Source of the DNA: Campylobacterota bacterium
GTDB taxonomy: Bacteria > Campylobacterota > Campylobacteria > Campylobacterales > Sulfurimonadaceae
Reading direction: 5' to 3'
Assembly: GCA_034717975.1 (NCBI GenBank)
Contig: JAYEMF010000099.1
Coordinates: 1 to 37,343, forward strand
DNA length: 37,343 nt
Below the pieces are notes generated by a model. That model saw only the letters and a program-made list of their open reading frames with translations. It was not told the origin of the DNA and did no database searches. Shown piece by piece: positions 8,196 through 18,089 of this stretch. The first letter of the stretch is position 1. Each line of letters opens with the position of its first letter. The position numbers were made by a program, and so were the translations under genes.

Positions 8196-8324
8196 CCTTT
8201 TTCACATTTTTAGTTAAATAAGAATCAATTATATACTAATCTAATTTTATTAACTTTATCTTATGTTATATATATTATGATTTTATAATCAAACACCAAA
8301 AATTTATTATGAAAGGAGCTGTCC

Positions 8325-8456
8325 ATGAATCATGTTTACCTAAGTGAAGGTCTTATCAAAGAAGCACTTCAAGCTCATGCTATCACCAACCAAGAGGCGA
8401 AAGAGCTTATCGCTCTTATAACTAAAAATCAGCCGGAACTTCTACAAGCCAGCTGA
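8325..8456 (+). CDS. Small hypothetical protein, 43 aa (MNHVYLSEGLIKEALQAHAITNQEAKELIALITKNQPELLQAS); not in ORF track
   Basis: TATAAT at 8284-8289, RBS AAGGAG at 8313-8318, ATG 8325, TGA 8454-8456, hairpin immediately downstream. Confidence 0.75.
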   Translation: MNHVYLSEGLIKEALQAHAITNQEAKELIALITKNQPELLQAS

Positions 8457-8463
8457 TCAATCA

Positions 8464-8491
8464 AGAGTCGACTGCAGGGCCGTTCGACTCT
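8464..8491. terminator. Hairpin between the convergent small ORF and Fe-S gene
   Basis: AGAGTCGA (8464-8471) pairs with TCGACTCT (8484-8491), followed by a pyrimidine tract. Confidence 0.5.
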
Positions 8492-8500
8492 CTTCCCCTT

Positions 8501-9784
8501 TTACTTTTCAAGTACTTCGGCGATCAACTCAATCGGATTTTTAAAGACAGTATCGGCTTCTGCCTGATAGAGTGAGTCGTTGATCTGCATACGACATGCC
8601 GAACACTCCGCTGAGACCACCTTTGCCCCGGTATCTTTGATCATCGCTGCTTTTGGTACACCCGCTGCTTTGGCAAAGTGGTATTTTTCTGTCTGCATCG
8701 TCACCCCGCCAAAACCGCAACAGACATTAGGGTCACTCATCTCTCTCAACAGATAGTTCTGCTTGATGAGTGTACGCGGCTCGTTATGGATACCCTGCAT
8801 CTTTCTGGCGTGGCACGGATCGTGATAGGTAACCGTAAGGTCACTTCTGCCCTTTGAAGCCAGAAGATGCTCCAGGTGGGTGTGGTGTTCCAGCCACTCA
8901 GTCGCCATAAAGATCTTTCCTTTCAGTTTTTTAGCACGCGCTTCCCACTCCGGCTGATCATGGAAAAAGTGTTCATAGTCGATCTTGATCATTGCCGAAC
9001 AGGTCGCCTCCGGAATGATGATCGCCTCGACGTCATCGATAAAACTCTCAAAATATTCGATGTTCTTTTTCGCATTATTATCGACCGTATCAAAATCACC
9101 CGTAAAATAGGCCGGAGCCCCGCAGCACAGCTGCTTTTTCGGGATGAAGGCGTCGATCTCCAAAGCCTCCAGAATTGTCAAAAGCCCCTTACCGATCCCG
9201 GTGTAGTTGTAGTTGCCAAGACAGCCGATAAAAATAGCCACCTTGCGTTTCCCGCCATTGGAGATGTTTTCCGGATTGGCATTTAGGAAAGAGGTCTTAC
9301 CCATACTTGGCAATAGGCGATCTTTCTTTATAATAGGAAGTTTGAAACGCGGTTCCATCGACTGCTGTTCGGCTTTGATCTTGAAACCGCACGTCTGAAA
9401 GGCGTAGCCAAGTTTAAAGAGAATATCCATTGTGAAACGGTGTCGGAGCAGGTAGAAAAAGGCCTTTTTGAACCATGCGATCCCGAACTTGTCGGCGATA
9501 TCGGCACGCACCTGCTCGATCACCATATCGGTCGGCAGTGATTTCGGGCAGACATCGACACAGTTGGTACATAGGAAACAGCTCTCGAAAATATCTTTGG
9601 CGTTCTTGTCGAGCGGGAGTTTCCCTTTTTGATAAGCCCCAAGAAGATCAATAAAACCCCGCGGAGAGGTCACCTCATCGGCATTGACATTATGGATCGT
9701 ACAGACAGGAATACACTTCCCGCACTTGATACAGGCATCCGATGTTTCGGAAAAGTTGAAGATGTCTCCCGCTAACCTGCTCAT
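8501..9784 (-). CDS. (Fe-S)-binding oxidoreductase subunit, GlcF/GlpC-like with CCG domains
   Basis: Two CxxCxxCxxxC ferredoxin motifs, two CCG motifs, YHDPCH and CSACRMQI. Confidence 0.9.
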   Translation of the reverse strand: MSRLAGDIFNFSETSDACIKCGKCIPVCTIHNVNADEVTSPRGFIDLLGAYQKGKLPLDKNAKDIFESCFLCTNCVDVCPKSLPTDMVIEQVRADIADKFGIAWFKKAFFYLLRHRFTMDILFKLGYAFQTCGFKIKAEQQSMEPRFKLPIIKKDRLLPSMGKTSFLNANPENISNGGKRKVAIFIGCLGNYNYTGIGKGLLTILEALEIDAFIPKKQLCCGAPAYFTGDFDTVDNNAKKNIEYFESFIDDVEAIIIPEATCSAMIKIDYEHFFHDQPEWEARAKKLKGKIFMATEWLEHHTHLEHLLASKGRSDLTVTYHDPCHARKMQGIHNEPRTLIKQNYLLREMSDPNVCCGFGGVTMQTEKYHFAKAAGVPKAAMIKDTGAKVVSAECSACRMQINDSLYQAEADTVFKNPIELIAEVLEK

Positions 9785-11158
9785 CTATACCGTCTTTGAA
9801 AAGGTCTTTTGATTGGCCGCATGCTTTTTCATGTAGGCGTCAAACGGCATCGCAATGTTGCGGATCAGGAGGGTTCCTGTCTGTGAACATTCGATCTTAT
9901 CATCACTCATCGTGAGAAGGTCATCAGCGATAAACGGCTGCAGAGCATCGATCGCATCGGCGAAGTACTCTTTGAAATCAAGACCGAATACCGATTCAAA
10001 ACGCTTGATATCAAGTTTAAAGTTACTCATCAGTTCCATGATGACGAACTGGCGGACAAGGTCATCTTCACTATGAACGACACCGCGCTGAAACGGCAGC
10101 TTTCCGGCATCGATAGCCGCTTCATACGAAGCCATATCTTTAAAGTTCTGCGCGTAATAGTCCACACCTTCACCGATCGAGGTAAGCCCCACACCAATCA
10201 GATCCGCACCGCCCTTGGTCGTATAACCCTGAAAGTTACGGTGCAGCTCACCCTTCTCAATCGCTTTGAAAAGTTCATCTTCAGGCTTGGCAAAGTGGTC
10301 CATACCGATCATTTTGTAGCCGTTGCTGGTAAGATAGTCAATGGTGTACTGCATGATCTGCAGCTTCTCATCCGGCCGCGGAAGAGTTGTCTCATCGATC
10401 TTGCGCATTGTCTTTTTCATCCATGGTACATGGGCATAGTTGAAAACGGCAAAACGGTCAGGATTGAGCGTCAATGCCAGTTCAAGTGTCTTTTTAAACG
10501 TCTCCAGCGACTGGTAAGGCAGCCCATAGATCAGGTCGACATTGACACTGTGCATATTGTATTTTCGTGCGAGATCCATCGCTGCTTTGGTAACGTCATA
10601 GGGCTGAACACGGTGCACGGCAATCTGCACTTTCTCATTGAAATCCTGGATACCGAAGCTCACGCGGTTGAAACCGCCTTCGCTGAGTACTTTCATCTGA
10701 TCTTCATCAATATGGCGCGGATCGATTTCACAACTGATCTCGGCATCAGCTCTGAAGTTTTTGAAATGACTGCGGATCATCTCAATAACCTCTTTGAGCT
10801 GAGAGGCTGTAAAAAATGTCGGTGTCCCGCCACCGAAGTGGAGCTGAATCACTTCACGTGACATATCGAGGTGCCGGCTTAATATCTCCATCTCTCGCTT
10901 CAGATAGTCGACATAGCGAAGCATCTTCTCCTCTTTAGAGGTAAAAACAACGTTACAACCGCAGAAATAACAGGCATTGCGGCAAAACGGAAGATGAAAG
11001 TAGAGCGACAGTGGACGGGAAGTATCCTGCTCCTGAAGTTTTTTCAGATAGGTCTCATAGGTAAACGCATCACTGAATTCAAGCGCTGTCGGATAACTCG
11101 TATAGCGTGGCCCTGGTTTGGAATATTTGGTGAATTTTGTAAAATCTAACATTGTCAT
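9785..11158 (-). CDS. hemN: Oxygen-independent coproporphyrinogen III oxidase (radical SAM)
   Basis: GPRYTSYPTA, HLPFCRNACYFCGC (CxxxCxxC), GGGTPT, IGMDHF, LHRNFQGYTT. Confidence 0.97.
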   Translation of the reverse strand: MTMLDFTKFTKYSKPGPRYTSYPTALEFSDAFTYETYLKKLQEQDTSRPLSLYFHLPFCRNACYFCGCNVVFTSKEEKMLRYVDYLKREMEILSRHLDMSREVIQLHFGGGTPTFFTASQLKEVIEMIRSHFKNFRADAEISCEIDPRHIDEDQMKVLSEGGFNRVSFGIQDFNEKVQIAVHRVQPYDVTKAAMDLARKYNMHSVNVDLIYGLPYQSLETFKKTLELALTLNPDRFAVFNYAHVPWMKKTMRKIDETTLPRPDEKLQIMQYTIDYLTSNGYKMIGMDHFAKPEDELFKAIEKGELHRNFQGYTTKGGADLIGVGLTSIGEGVDYYAQNFKDMASYEAAIDAGKLPFQRGVVHSEDDLVRQFVIMELMSNFKLDIKRFESVFGLDFKEYFADAIDALQPFIADDLLTMSDDKIECSQTGTLLIRNIAMPFDAYMKKHAANQKTFSKTV

Positions 11159-11422
11159 TCAGCTTTCATTATTATTTACTATTAGCGCGTGATTATGGCA
11201 AAGAAGTGTTAAAGAAGGGATAAATCGACTTTTCTTATCCAAAAGCTAAGCACGATTTATGCGTTATGGCTATTTTGTGAAAAAATAGAAATTTAACACA
11301 TTTTTTTGGTAGGTTTCTATCAATTTTTTATCACAATTCGAAATAATATGATAAAATACCATTTTAGATAGATAATTTAATCTGATATAACTCCTCAGAA
11401 AACAGATAAAGGAAGTCCCATC

Positions 11423-12172
11423 ATGAGCCAATTCAAGGTTCTTATTGTTGAAGATGATGAAGTAACCGCAATGAATCTTAAAATGTCCCTTGAGAAGCAG
11501 GGATATGATGTTGTTTCAATCGCAGACACTGCCATTCATGCACGGAATAAGATCAAAGTTTACGAACCGCAGATCATCCTGATCGATATCAGTTTGCAAA
11601 AGAGTAATGACGGAATCGAGCTTGCCTCTTTTATCCGTGACAAATATGCCCTGCCATTTATCTTTTTGACTGCCCACTCAGATAATGACATTATCAATCA
11701 GGCAAAACTGACCGAACCGTACGGTTACATCCTTAAGCCATTTGATCCGCAAAGCCTGAATGCCACCATTCAGATGGCCATGCATAAGTATGAACAAGAG
11801 CGTCAGCGAAATGATGAGATCGGCGATCTTAAAGTTGACAAACTTAATCTTGAAAAACTACTCTACAACAAAAAGGTTATAGATAAGCCGATCGTACCGT
11901 TTGGAAACGGGTATCACCTTGATATCAGTGTGTGTGAAACATTTTATAATGGCAAGAAGATCAAGCTGACCAAGAAGGAGAATGCTTTTATTCGTCTGCT
12001 TGTTGCACAACTTGGTCTCGTTGTCAGTTTTGAGCAGGCTATCAATTATGTCTGGGAAGAAGAGGGAGCGACTGAAAACAGTGTTCGTACCCTTGTCTGG
12101 CGCTTACGCAACAAACTCCCGACCGAGATCATTAAAAATGCTTCAGGGATCGGGTACTATATCGAAGATTGA
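11423..12172 (+). CDS. Response regulator (REC plus OmpR-type winged helix)
   Basis: LIVEDD, ILIDISL, FLTA, YILKPF; C-terminal LTKKE...VRTLVWRLRNKL...GIGY. Confidence 0.93.
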   Translation: MSQFKVLIVEDDEVTAMNLKMSLEKQGYDVVSIADTAIHARNKIKVYEPQIILIDISLQKSNDGIELASFIRDKYALPFIFLTAHSDNDIINQAKLTEPYGYILKPFDPQSLNATIQMAMHKYEQERQRNDEIGDLKVDKLNLEKLLYNKKVIDKPIVPFGNGYHLDISVCETFYNGKKIKLTKKENAFIRLLVAQLGLVVSFEQAINYVWEEEGATENSVRTLVWRLRNKLPTEIIKNASGIGYYIED

Positions 12173-12237
12173 TTCTCAATTTCTCTTAGTACTGGCCGAC
12201 GGTGGTACTTTGTACAACACCTTTGGTTCCGAATCTA

Positions 12238-12261
12238 TAAACGATAAGCAGTTATCGTTTA
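12238..12261. terminator. Hairpin between the convergent regulator and kinase genes
   Basis: Perfect 10-bp stem TAAACGATAA/TTATCGTTTA with GCAG loop. Confidence 0.55.
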
Positions 12262-12284
12262 CTTTACGATTCTCATATCGAAGA

Positions 12285-14963
12285 CTAATCTTCGATGTAA
12301 ATATTCTCCAACTCCACTTTTAACGCTTCAAACAGTTTTTTAAAATCACAACTCTCATCTGAGTGCATCGCGGCCTCCTCAATACACTTTGCTAAATTTT
12401 GAACAGTTTTAATACGAAAATTGGCACTGGACCCTTTGATGCTATGTGCCAGTTTTGCCACCTCTTCAAATACTCCATTATCAATGGCCCGCTCAAGTTG
12501 AGGGACCGTCTTCTCCATCTTGGCAAGAAAGACTTCCATAAGCATTAGCAGCTGTTCAGGTTCCAGCATCAGCTCTTTGATCAGTTTGGCTTCATCAACG
12601 CCATGAATACGACCTTTATCTGCTTCATCAGGAACGAGTATATGGCGTTCACCACTCTCGTCCAGAAACTGTTCAAACACTTTTTCAAGTTCCCTGATGA
12701 CAATCGGTTTGCCAAGAAAAGCATCGTAACCGGCTGAAAGCCCACGCTCTTTCGCCCCTTTGATCACATTGGCTGTCAAAGCGACAATCGGGGTATGGGT
12801 GATATTGTGTTTATCTTCATAGAGAATGATCTGTTTGGTAGCATCGATACCGTTCATCCGTGGCATCTGCTCATCCATCAATATCATATCAAAACGGGAT
12901 CTCTTATAGAGGTTCAGTGCTTCAAAGCCATCCGGTACGACGACATGATCTATGCCGTAGCGATGAAGAATGATCTTGATCAGCTCCTGATTTGCGACAT
13001 TATCTTCGGCCACCAGCATCCTGGCATCAAACTGTCGCTGCATCTGACCTTTTTCAGCGGTTTTTTCACCACTAGGCGAGATCTGCATCGCCTCCAGGAA
13101 TGCATTATAGAGTTTCGCGCAGTAGATAGGAAAATGTAGTGCCGCGATATGACTGACACTGTCATAGGTCTCTTTCAGATAGTCCATAATAGCGATGGCC
13201 GGGGTCTGTTGATGTATCAACCCTTGACGCAGAAGATCATCCATCTCACTGTCTATAAAAAATATCAGATCGCAATCGCATTTATCCAATGTATGGATGA
13301 CCTCAACATTAAGATTGAACACATCCCAGTAACGTCTAAGCAGCGTCACCTTCTGCGACTCCTCTTCACCCGGCTGCAATAGACCGACATGCAGCTTTTT
13401 AAATGCTTCAGCGTCGAATATATCGATATTGCAGCCATCTTCATTGACTGTCACCGGCAGTGATAAGGTGAATGTACTCCCAGCTCCATCTACGGAAGCC
13501 ACATCAATAGATCCGCCCATATGTTCTGCCAACTGCATACAGATCGAAAGTCCCAGCCCTGTTCCCCCATAAAGGTAGGTTGAACTGTTCTGTGTCTGGG
13601 CAAAGGCATTAAATATTTTCTGCTGATCCTCACTGCTGATCCCAACCCCGCTGTCATGTACACTAATTACCAGCTCTCCCTCAACAGGACATGTTACTTC
13701 CACTTCAACTTTACCGCCAAACGGTGTAAATTTGATGGCATTGCTCAGTAAGTTGGCAATGATCTGTTTGATCCGCAATGGATCGGCGATCAGGTTATAA
13801 GGGATTTTCGGATCGATAAAACTGAGCAGAGTGATATCTTTCTCATTAGCTGATGCCGCAAAAAGTTCAAGTGTCTGAGACAGCTCTTCATGAAGAATGA
13901 AAGGGCGTGCTTCAATCGTAAATTCGCCGCTTCGAAGCTTGGAAAAATCGAGAATATCATTGATAATACTCAACAGGTTTTCACCGCTTTTCTGAACGAT
14001 ATCGAGGTATTTTCTCTGTTTGGAAGTCGGCTGCTCATCGATAAGAATAGAGACAAATCCTAAAATTGCATTAAGCGGGGTTCGAATCTCATGCGACATG
14101 TTGGAGAGAAAATAGTCCTTGGCCTGTCCTGCATCTACCGCCTGCTGCCTTGCATCGACAAGTTTTGTCACCTCATAACTGATGGAGATATACTCGGTGA
14201 TATTCTCCTGCGCATCGGTAATCGGCAGAACCGTTGCATCTACATAAAAATAGTCTCCATTCTTTTTTCTGTTTTTGATCGTCCCCTTAAAGACTTTCTT
14301 CTGCTGTATTGTTTCCCACATCACTTTAAAAAATCTGCTGGGCATATCCGGATGACGCATAACATTATGGGTTCTTCCAAGCACTTCATCATGTGAATAT
14401 CCGCACGCGTTGACCAGATTGTCATTTACATAAGTCATGATACCGTTCAGATCGGTTTTAGAGACAAGTGCACTCTCGTCAATAGCCCGTTTATACTCAT
14501 TGAGCAACTTGACACTCTCTTCCAGTTCCAGCTCTTTTTCATATATCCTCTCTGAATACATCTTCAGTACACCGGCAAAATTGAGATCGAAAACCGAACT
14601 GATCTCATCAATCAACTCACGGTTATCGATACCGTTTATATAAGTAAAATCGATCATAGCTTTACGAAAATGGCTGCAGATAACAAAGAGCTCGGCAGAA
14701 GTAACATCACGGTCTTTGAGAAAGTTCAAAAAAGTGGCCATTACAGGACAGTCGCCAATCTCCTGAGTGCCACGGATCACCTCAATAAAATAATCAAAAA
14801 CACTTCCGGCAAAGAGTTCTCTGAATGTTTCTGTATCAATCCCGTGATGCAGTAGAACTTCATGTGGAGACGGATACTCTACCCACTGTTTTACTATCTC
14901 CTCTTTTGCATCGACAAAGAGAGTAAGTGTTGAAGAAAGGTGCGGGATGCGGTCAGTTACCAA
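12285..14963 (-). CDS. Soluble hybrid sensor histidine kinase (N-terminal helical domain, PAS, HisKA, HATPase, degenerate REC, REC, Hpt)
   Basis: PAS (SKTDLNG..YVND..RHPDMP), MSHEIRTPLN, NLLSNAIKFT, DSGVGI, GGTGLGL, ILMDEQMP, AHSIKGSS. Start placed at TTG 14963 after a GAGG RBS; extended -10 TGCTATACT at ~14995-15003. Confidence 0.93.
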   Translation of the reverse strand: MVTDRIPHLSSTLTLFVDAKEEIVKQWVEYPSPHEVLLHHGIDTETFRELFAGSVFDYFIEVIRGTQEIGDCPVMATFLNFLKDRDVTSAELFVICSHFRKAMIDFTYINGIDNRELIDEISSVFDLNFAGVLKMYSERIYEKELELEESVKLLNEYKRAIDESALVSKTDLNGIMTYVNDNLVNACGYSHDEVLGRTHNVMRHPDMPSRFFKVMWETIQQKKVFKGTIKNRKKNGDYFYVDATVLPITDAQENITEYISISYEVTKLVDARQQAVDAGQAKDYFLSNMSHEIRTPLNAILGFVSILIDEQPTSKQRKYLDIVQKSGENLLSIINDILDFSKLRSGEFTIEARPFILHEELSQTLELFAASANEKDITLLSFIDPKIPYNLIADPLRIKQIIANLLSNAIKFTPFGGKVEVEVTCPVEGELVISVHDSGVGISSEDQQKIFNAFAQTQNSSTYLYGGTGLGLSICMQLAEHMGGSIDVASVDGAGSTFTLSLPVTVNEDGCNIDIFDAEAFKKLHVGLLQPGEEESQKVTLLRRYWDVFNLNVEVIHTLDKCDCDLIFFIDSEMDDLLRQGLIHQQTPAIAIMDYLKETYDSVSHIAALHFPIYCAKLYNAFLEAMQISPSGEKTAEKGQMQRQFDARMLVAEDNVANQELIKIILHRYGIDHVVVPDGFEALNLYKRSRFDMILMDEQMPRMNGIDATKQIILYEDKHNITHTPIVALTANVIKGAKERGLSAGYDAFLGKPIVIRELEKVFEQFLDESGERHILVPDEADKGRIHGVDEAKLIKELMLEPEQLLMLMEVFLAKMEKTVPQLERAIDNGVFEEVAKLAHSIKGSSANFRIKTVQNLAKCIEEAAMHSDESCDFKKLFEALKVELENIYIED

Positions 14964-15066
14964 TAGATACCTCACAAAAAAATAGTTGGTTGCAGTATAG
15001 CACAATCGTTACTGCAATATATGGGCAGAAGTTATATCAAATGATAAGAGCAGAGGGAAGGTAGTA

Positions 15067-15098
15067 AACTGCAAAAAGGCTTTCACCTCTGTGCAGTT
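15067..15098 (-). terminator. Terminator-like hairpin upstream of the kinase promoter
   Basis: Minus strand AACTGCACAGAGG-TGAAAG-CCTTTTTGCAGTT, imperfect 13-bp stem followed by a pyrimidine-rich tail. Confidence 0.4.
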
Positions 15099-15155
15099 AA
15101 GTTTAAATAAGTGGTGACTTTTTAAAATAAAATCAGTCGTGAAGACTGACATTTG

Positions 15156-15299
15156 TTCAGCTTATCCCCGTCGCAAGCAACGGGGTATTAGCCAACTTTA
15201 AAGCTTCCAAAGTTTTTCACTTTGACTTTGCAAGCTATTGTTCAATTTCAATCAACAAAATGTTACGACCCAAGGGTCGGGGAATTAATCCCGAGAAGA
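15156..15299 (-). mobile_element. Non-autonomous IS200/IS605-like end-only element (boundaries approximate)
   Basis: Two directly oriented GC-rich hairpins matching CG-N3-CAAG-N3-CGGGG-W-ATTA at 15169-15190 and 15266-15287 in AT-rich DNA; TTTAA adjacent on the minus strand (15300-15304); no transposase ORF. Confidence 0.55.
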
Positions 15300-15383
15300 T
15301 TAAAACCTAATTTTACATGCTTTTTTTAAATGTTTTGCAGAGCTTATAATTACTATATTATCACATTGATAAAATACGCTGTT

Positions 15384-17996
15384 TTATTTTGTTTCCAATA
15401 TTTTCTCTACGATCTCATACACGTTCTTTGAGAGTTCTGATGAAGCCAAAATACGCTCAAGTTCTCTTTTCATAACTGCTTTGTTCTGCTCGTTCATCCG
15501 GTCATACTGTTTAAATGCTCCAGAGAGCCCTGAAGCAATCTGAGGATTTATTGCGTCAAGTTCGATGATCTTATCGGCAACAAAGCTGTAGCCATACCCG
15601 GAAGAGGCATGAAAATGAAGGTGGTTACGTGCAAAGACACCGATAAGTGAACGCACCAGGTTTGGAACTTTGCGATCATATGCCGGATCGTTTTCAAGTG
15701 CCTGCACCCTGTCGATTGTCCCTTCGCGTTCCGATGCGGCAAGGATGGAGAAGTATTTGTTCATCACAAGGGTATCGCCGGAGTATCGGGTATAGAAATC
15801 CTGCAGTGCCATTTGTGCCAGTTCCGGCTGATGGTTTTCCAGCAGATCAAGCGCGGTGATACGGTCTGTCATCGTTTTTGCATTCTCATACTGCGCTTTA
15901 CAGCGTTGTATAACGGAAGTTTCATCCAATAAGATCATCATGCCTAAAAGTCTATTCTTCAAGGCACGTTTTCCCATGCTGGCTGCATCTAGTGATATAT
16001 TCTCAGGTTCGTAAAGCTCATCATACAATCTTGCCATCATTTCAAAATGGTGCTGTGCCAAAAGACGTTGAAGCTGATCTCTTGCTTCATAGATCGGTAC
16101 CACATCAATGATCTCCTGCCGCTGCATCAATGCCGATACACTTGGCAGTTCAAGGAGTTGGGATTTAAACATCAGGTCTATCTTCTCATCGGCAAGCAGA
16201 TAGCCGTATGCTTCGATGTAGTGCGAATCTACCGCTTGGCCATGTATGATCGACTCTATCACTTTGAGGGCATACTCCTGTGCAGCCTCATAGCGTGTAA
16301 AACCATCGGTTTCATGCCTCATCAAAAAGGCATGATCGGCACTCTCATAATCCACTTTGATCGGTGCGGTAAAGTGACGGTTCAGTGAAAGTTTCGGGGC
16401 AGTAGTGATCTCTGAAAAAGTAAAATCTGTCTGGCGCGCATTGATCAATAAAATGCCTCTATCCAGCAGTGGCTGATCGGCTGCATCACACTTTAACGGC
16501 AGTGCTGAACCATCCTCTGCAAACAGAGCGATACCCAGTGGATAAGTGTAATGCCCCTGCTCCTGATGATGAACATTCTTGGAAATTTTCTGCGTCAATG
16601 TTACCGAATAGCAGCTATTTGCCTCATCATATTTTCCCTCTACCAGCAGCTCCGGTGTGCGTTCTTGATGATACCAGTTCATAAATGGTGTCAGGTCAAC
16701 CCCTCCGCCTTTACTCATCGCCCAGATAAAGTCTTCTGTCGTTACCGCCTGACCGTCAAAGGTTTTGAAATAGAGGTCTGTTCCTTTTCTAAAACGTTCG
16801 GCTCCCAGCATGGTGTGGATCATCCGTATCACCTCAGCCCCTTTTTCATAGACGGTAGCCGTATAGAAGTTATTGATCTCGATGTAATGGTCGGGTTTGA
16901 TCGGATGCGCCGTCGGTCCGGCATCTTCAATGAACTGGCGTTCACGCAGCGCCTTGACATCACTGATGCGCTGGACGACTTCCGAGTTCATATCGGCGCT
17001 GAAACTCTGATCGCGAAAGACGGTAAGTCCCTCTTTAAGCGTCAGCTGGAACCAGTCGCGACAGGTGATGCGGTTACCCGTCCAGTTATGAAAATACTCA
17101 TGGGCGATGACACTCTCAATCCCAAGAAAATTCTGATCGGTAGCGGTCTCTTCATCGGCAAGGACATAGTGCGAGTTGAAGATATTGAGCCCCTTGTTCT
17201 CCATCGCCCCCATATTGAAACTGTCAACAGCGACAATATTGTAGATATCCAGATCATATTCACGGCCATACACCTCTTCATCCCACCTCATCGAGGCTTT
17301 CAGTGAGCGCATCGCGTGATGGCACTTGGACTCGTTACCCGGATCACAATAGATATTGAGCTCGATCTCGCGGCCGCTCATCGTCGTGAAAGCGTCATGG
17401 ATCGAACCAAGCTCCCCGGCAACTAAAGCAAAAAGATAGGTCGGTTTTGGAAAAGGATCCTCCCAGACCACCCAGTGACGCCCCTCTCCCTGATCACCAC
17501 TTTCCCCCTTGTTCCCATTGCTAAGCAGTATCGGATAACGGGCTTTATCGGCAATGACCTTTGTTCTGAAACGCGCCATATTGTCCGGCCGATCCAGAAA
17601 GAATGTGATGCGGCGGAAACCTTCCGGTTCATTTTGCGTACAGAGAATCTCTCCCGATCGATACAACCCTTCAAGGGCACTGTTGTCATCCGGATAGATG
17701 GTTGTCACCAATTCAAGCGTACACTGCTCAGACAACCTGTCGATCTCCAGCACAGAAGGGCTCAGACGATACTGCGTCTGCGGAAGCGTATTACCATTAC
17801 ATTTCAAGCTTTCGAGCTTCAAGGCTTCGCCATCAAGTCTTAATGGTTCCCCTCTCTTAGCCTCACTGACAACCTCCATCCGATTGGTCACGATCGTATA
17901 ATCATCATAGATATCGAATTCAAGCGTACATTTTGTTATCTTGTAAGCACAGGGAGTATAATCTTTCAGGTAGACCGTTTTTGGTTCTTTCATCAC
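15384..17996 (-). CDS. pepN: Aminopeptidase N (M1 family)
   Basis: GAMENKGLN, HEYFHNWTGN (HExxH) and LKEGLTV motifs; start is GTG 17996 or ATG 17993. Confidence 0.97.
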   Translation of the reverse strand: MMKEPKTVYLKDYTPCAYKITKCTLEFDIYDDYTIVTNRMEVVSEAKRGEPLRLDGEALKLESLKCNGNTLPQTQYRLSPSVLEIDRLSEQCTLELVTTIYPDDNSALEGLYRSGEILCTQNEPEGFRRITFFLDRPDNMARFRTKVIADKARYPILLSNGNKGESGDQGEGRHWVVWEDPFPKPTYLFALVAGELGSIHDAFTTMSGREIELNIYCDPGNESKCHHAMRSLKASMRWDEEVYGREYDLDIYNIVAVDSFNMGAMENKGLNIFNSHYVLADEETATDQNFLGIESVIAHEYFHNWTGNRITCRDWFQLTLKEGLTVFRDQSFSADMNSEVVQRISDVKALRERQFIEDAGPTAHPIKPDHYIEINNFYTATVYEKGAEVIRMIHTMLGAERFRKGTDLYFKTFDGQAVTTEDFIWAMSKGGGVDLTPFMNWYHQERTPELLVEGKYDEANSCYSVTLTQKISKNVHHQEQGHYTYPLGIALFAEDGSALPLKCDAADQPLLDRGILLINARQTDFTFSEITTAPKLSLNRHFTAPIKVDYESADHAFLMRHETDGFTRYEAAQEYALKVIESIIHGQAVDSHYIEAYGYLLADEKIDLMFKSQLLELPSVSALMQRQEIIDVVPIYEARDQLQRLLAQHHFEMMARLYDELYEPENISLDAASMGKRALKNRLLGMMILLDETSVIQRCKAQYENAKTMTDRITALDLLENHQPELAQMALQDFYTRYSGDTLVMNKYFSILAASEREGTIDRVQALENDPAYDRKVPNLVRSLIGVFARNHLHFHASSGYGYSFVADKIIELDAINPQIASGLSGAFKQYDRMNEQNKAVMKRELERILASSELSKNVYEIVEKILETK

Positions 17997-18089
17997 TTAT
18001 CCATTACTATTATTGATCTAATTATAGACTATTTAATTCATTCCTTGGTTAAAGTTAGTGTATAATCGTTGTAGAAGAAAAGGATATTT

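Noticed and set aside
15009..15152. 47-codon minus-strand frame MSVFTTDF... upstream of the kinase
   Set aside because: No RBS, runs through hairpins, and has no recognisable protein features.
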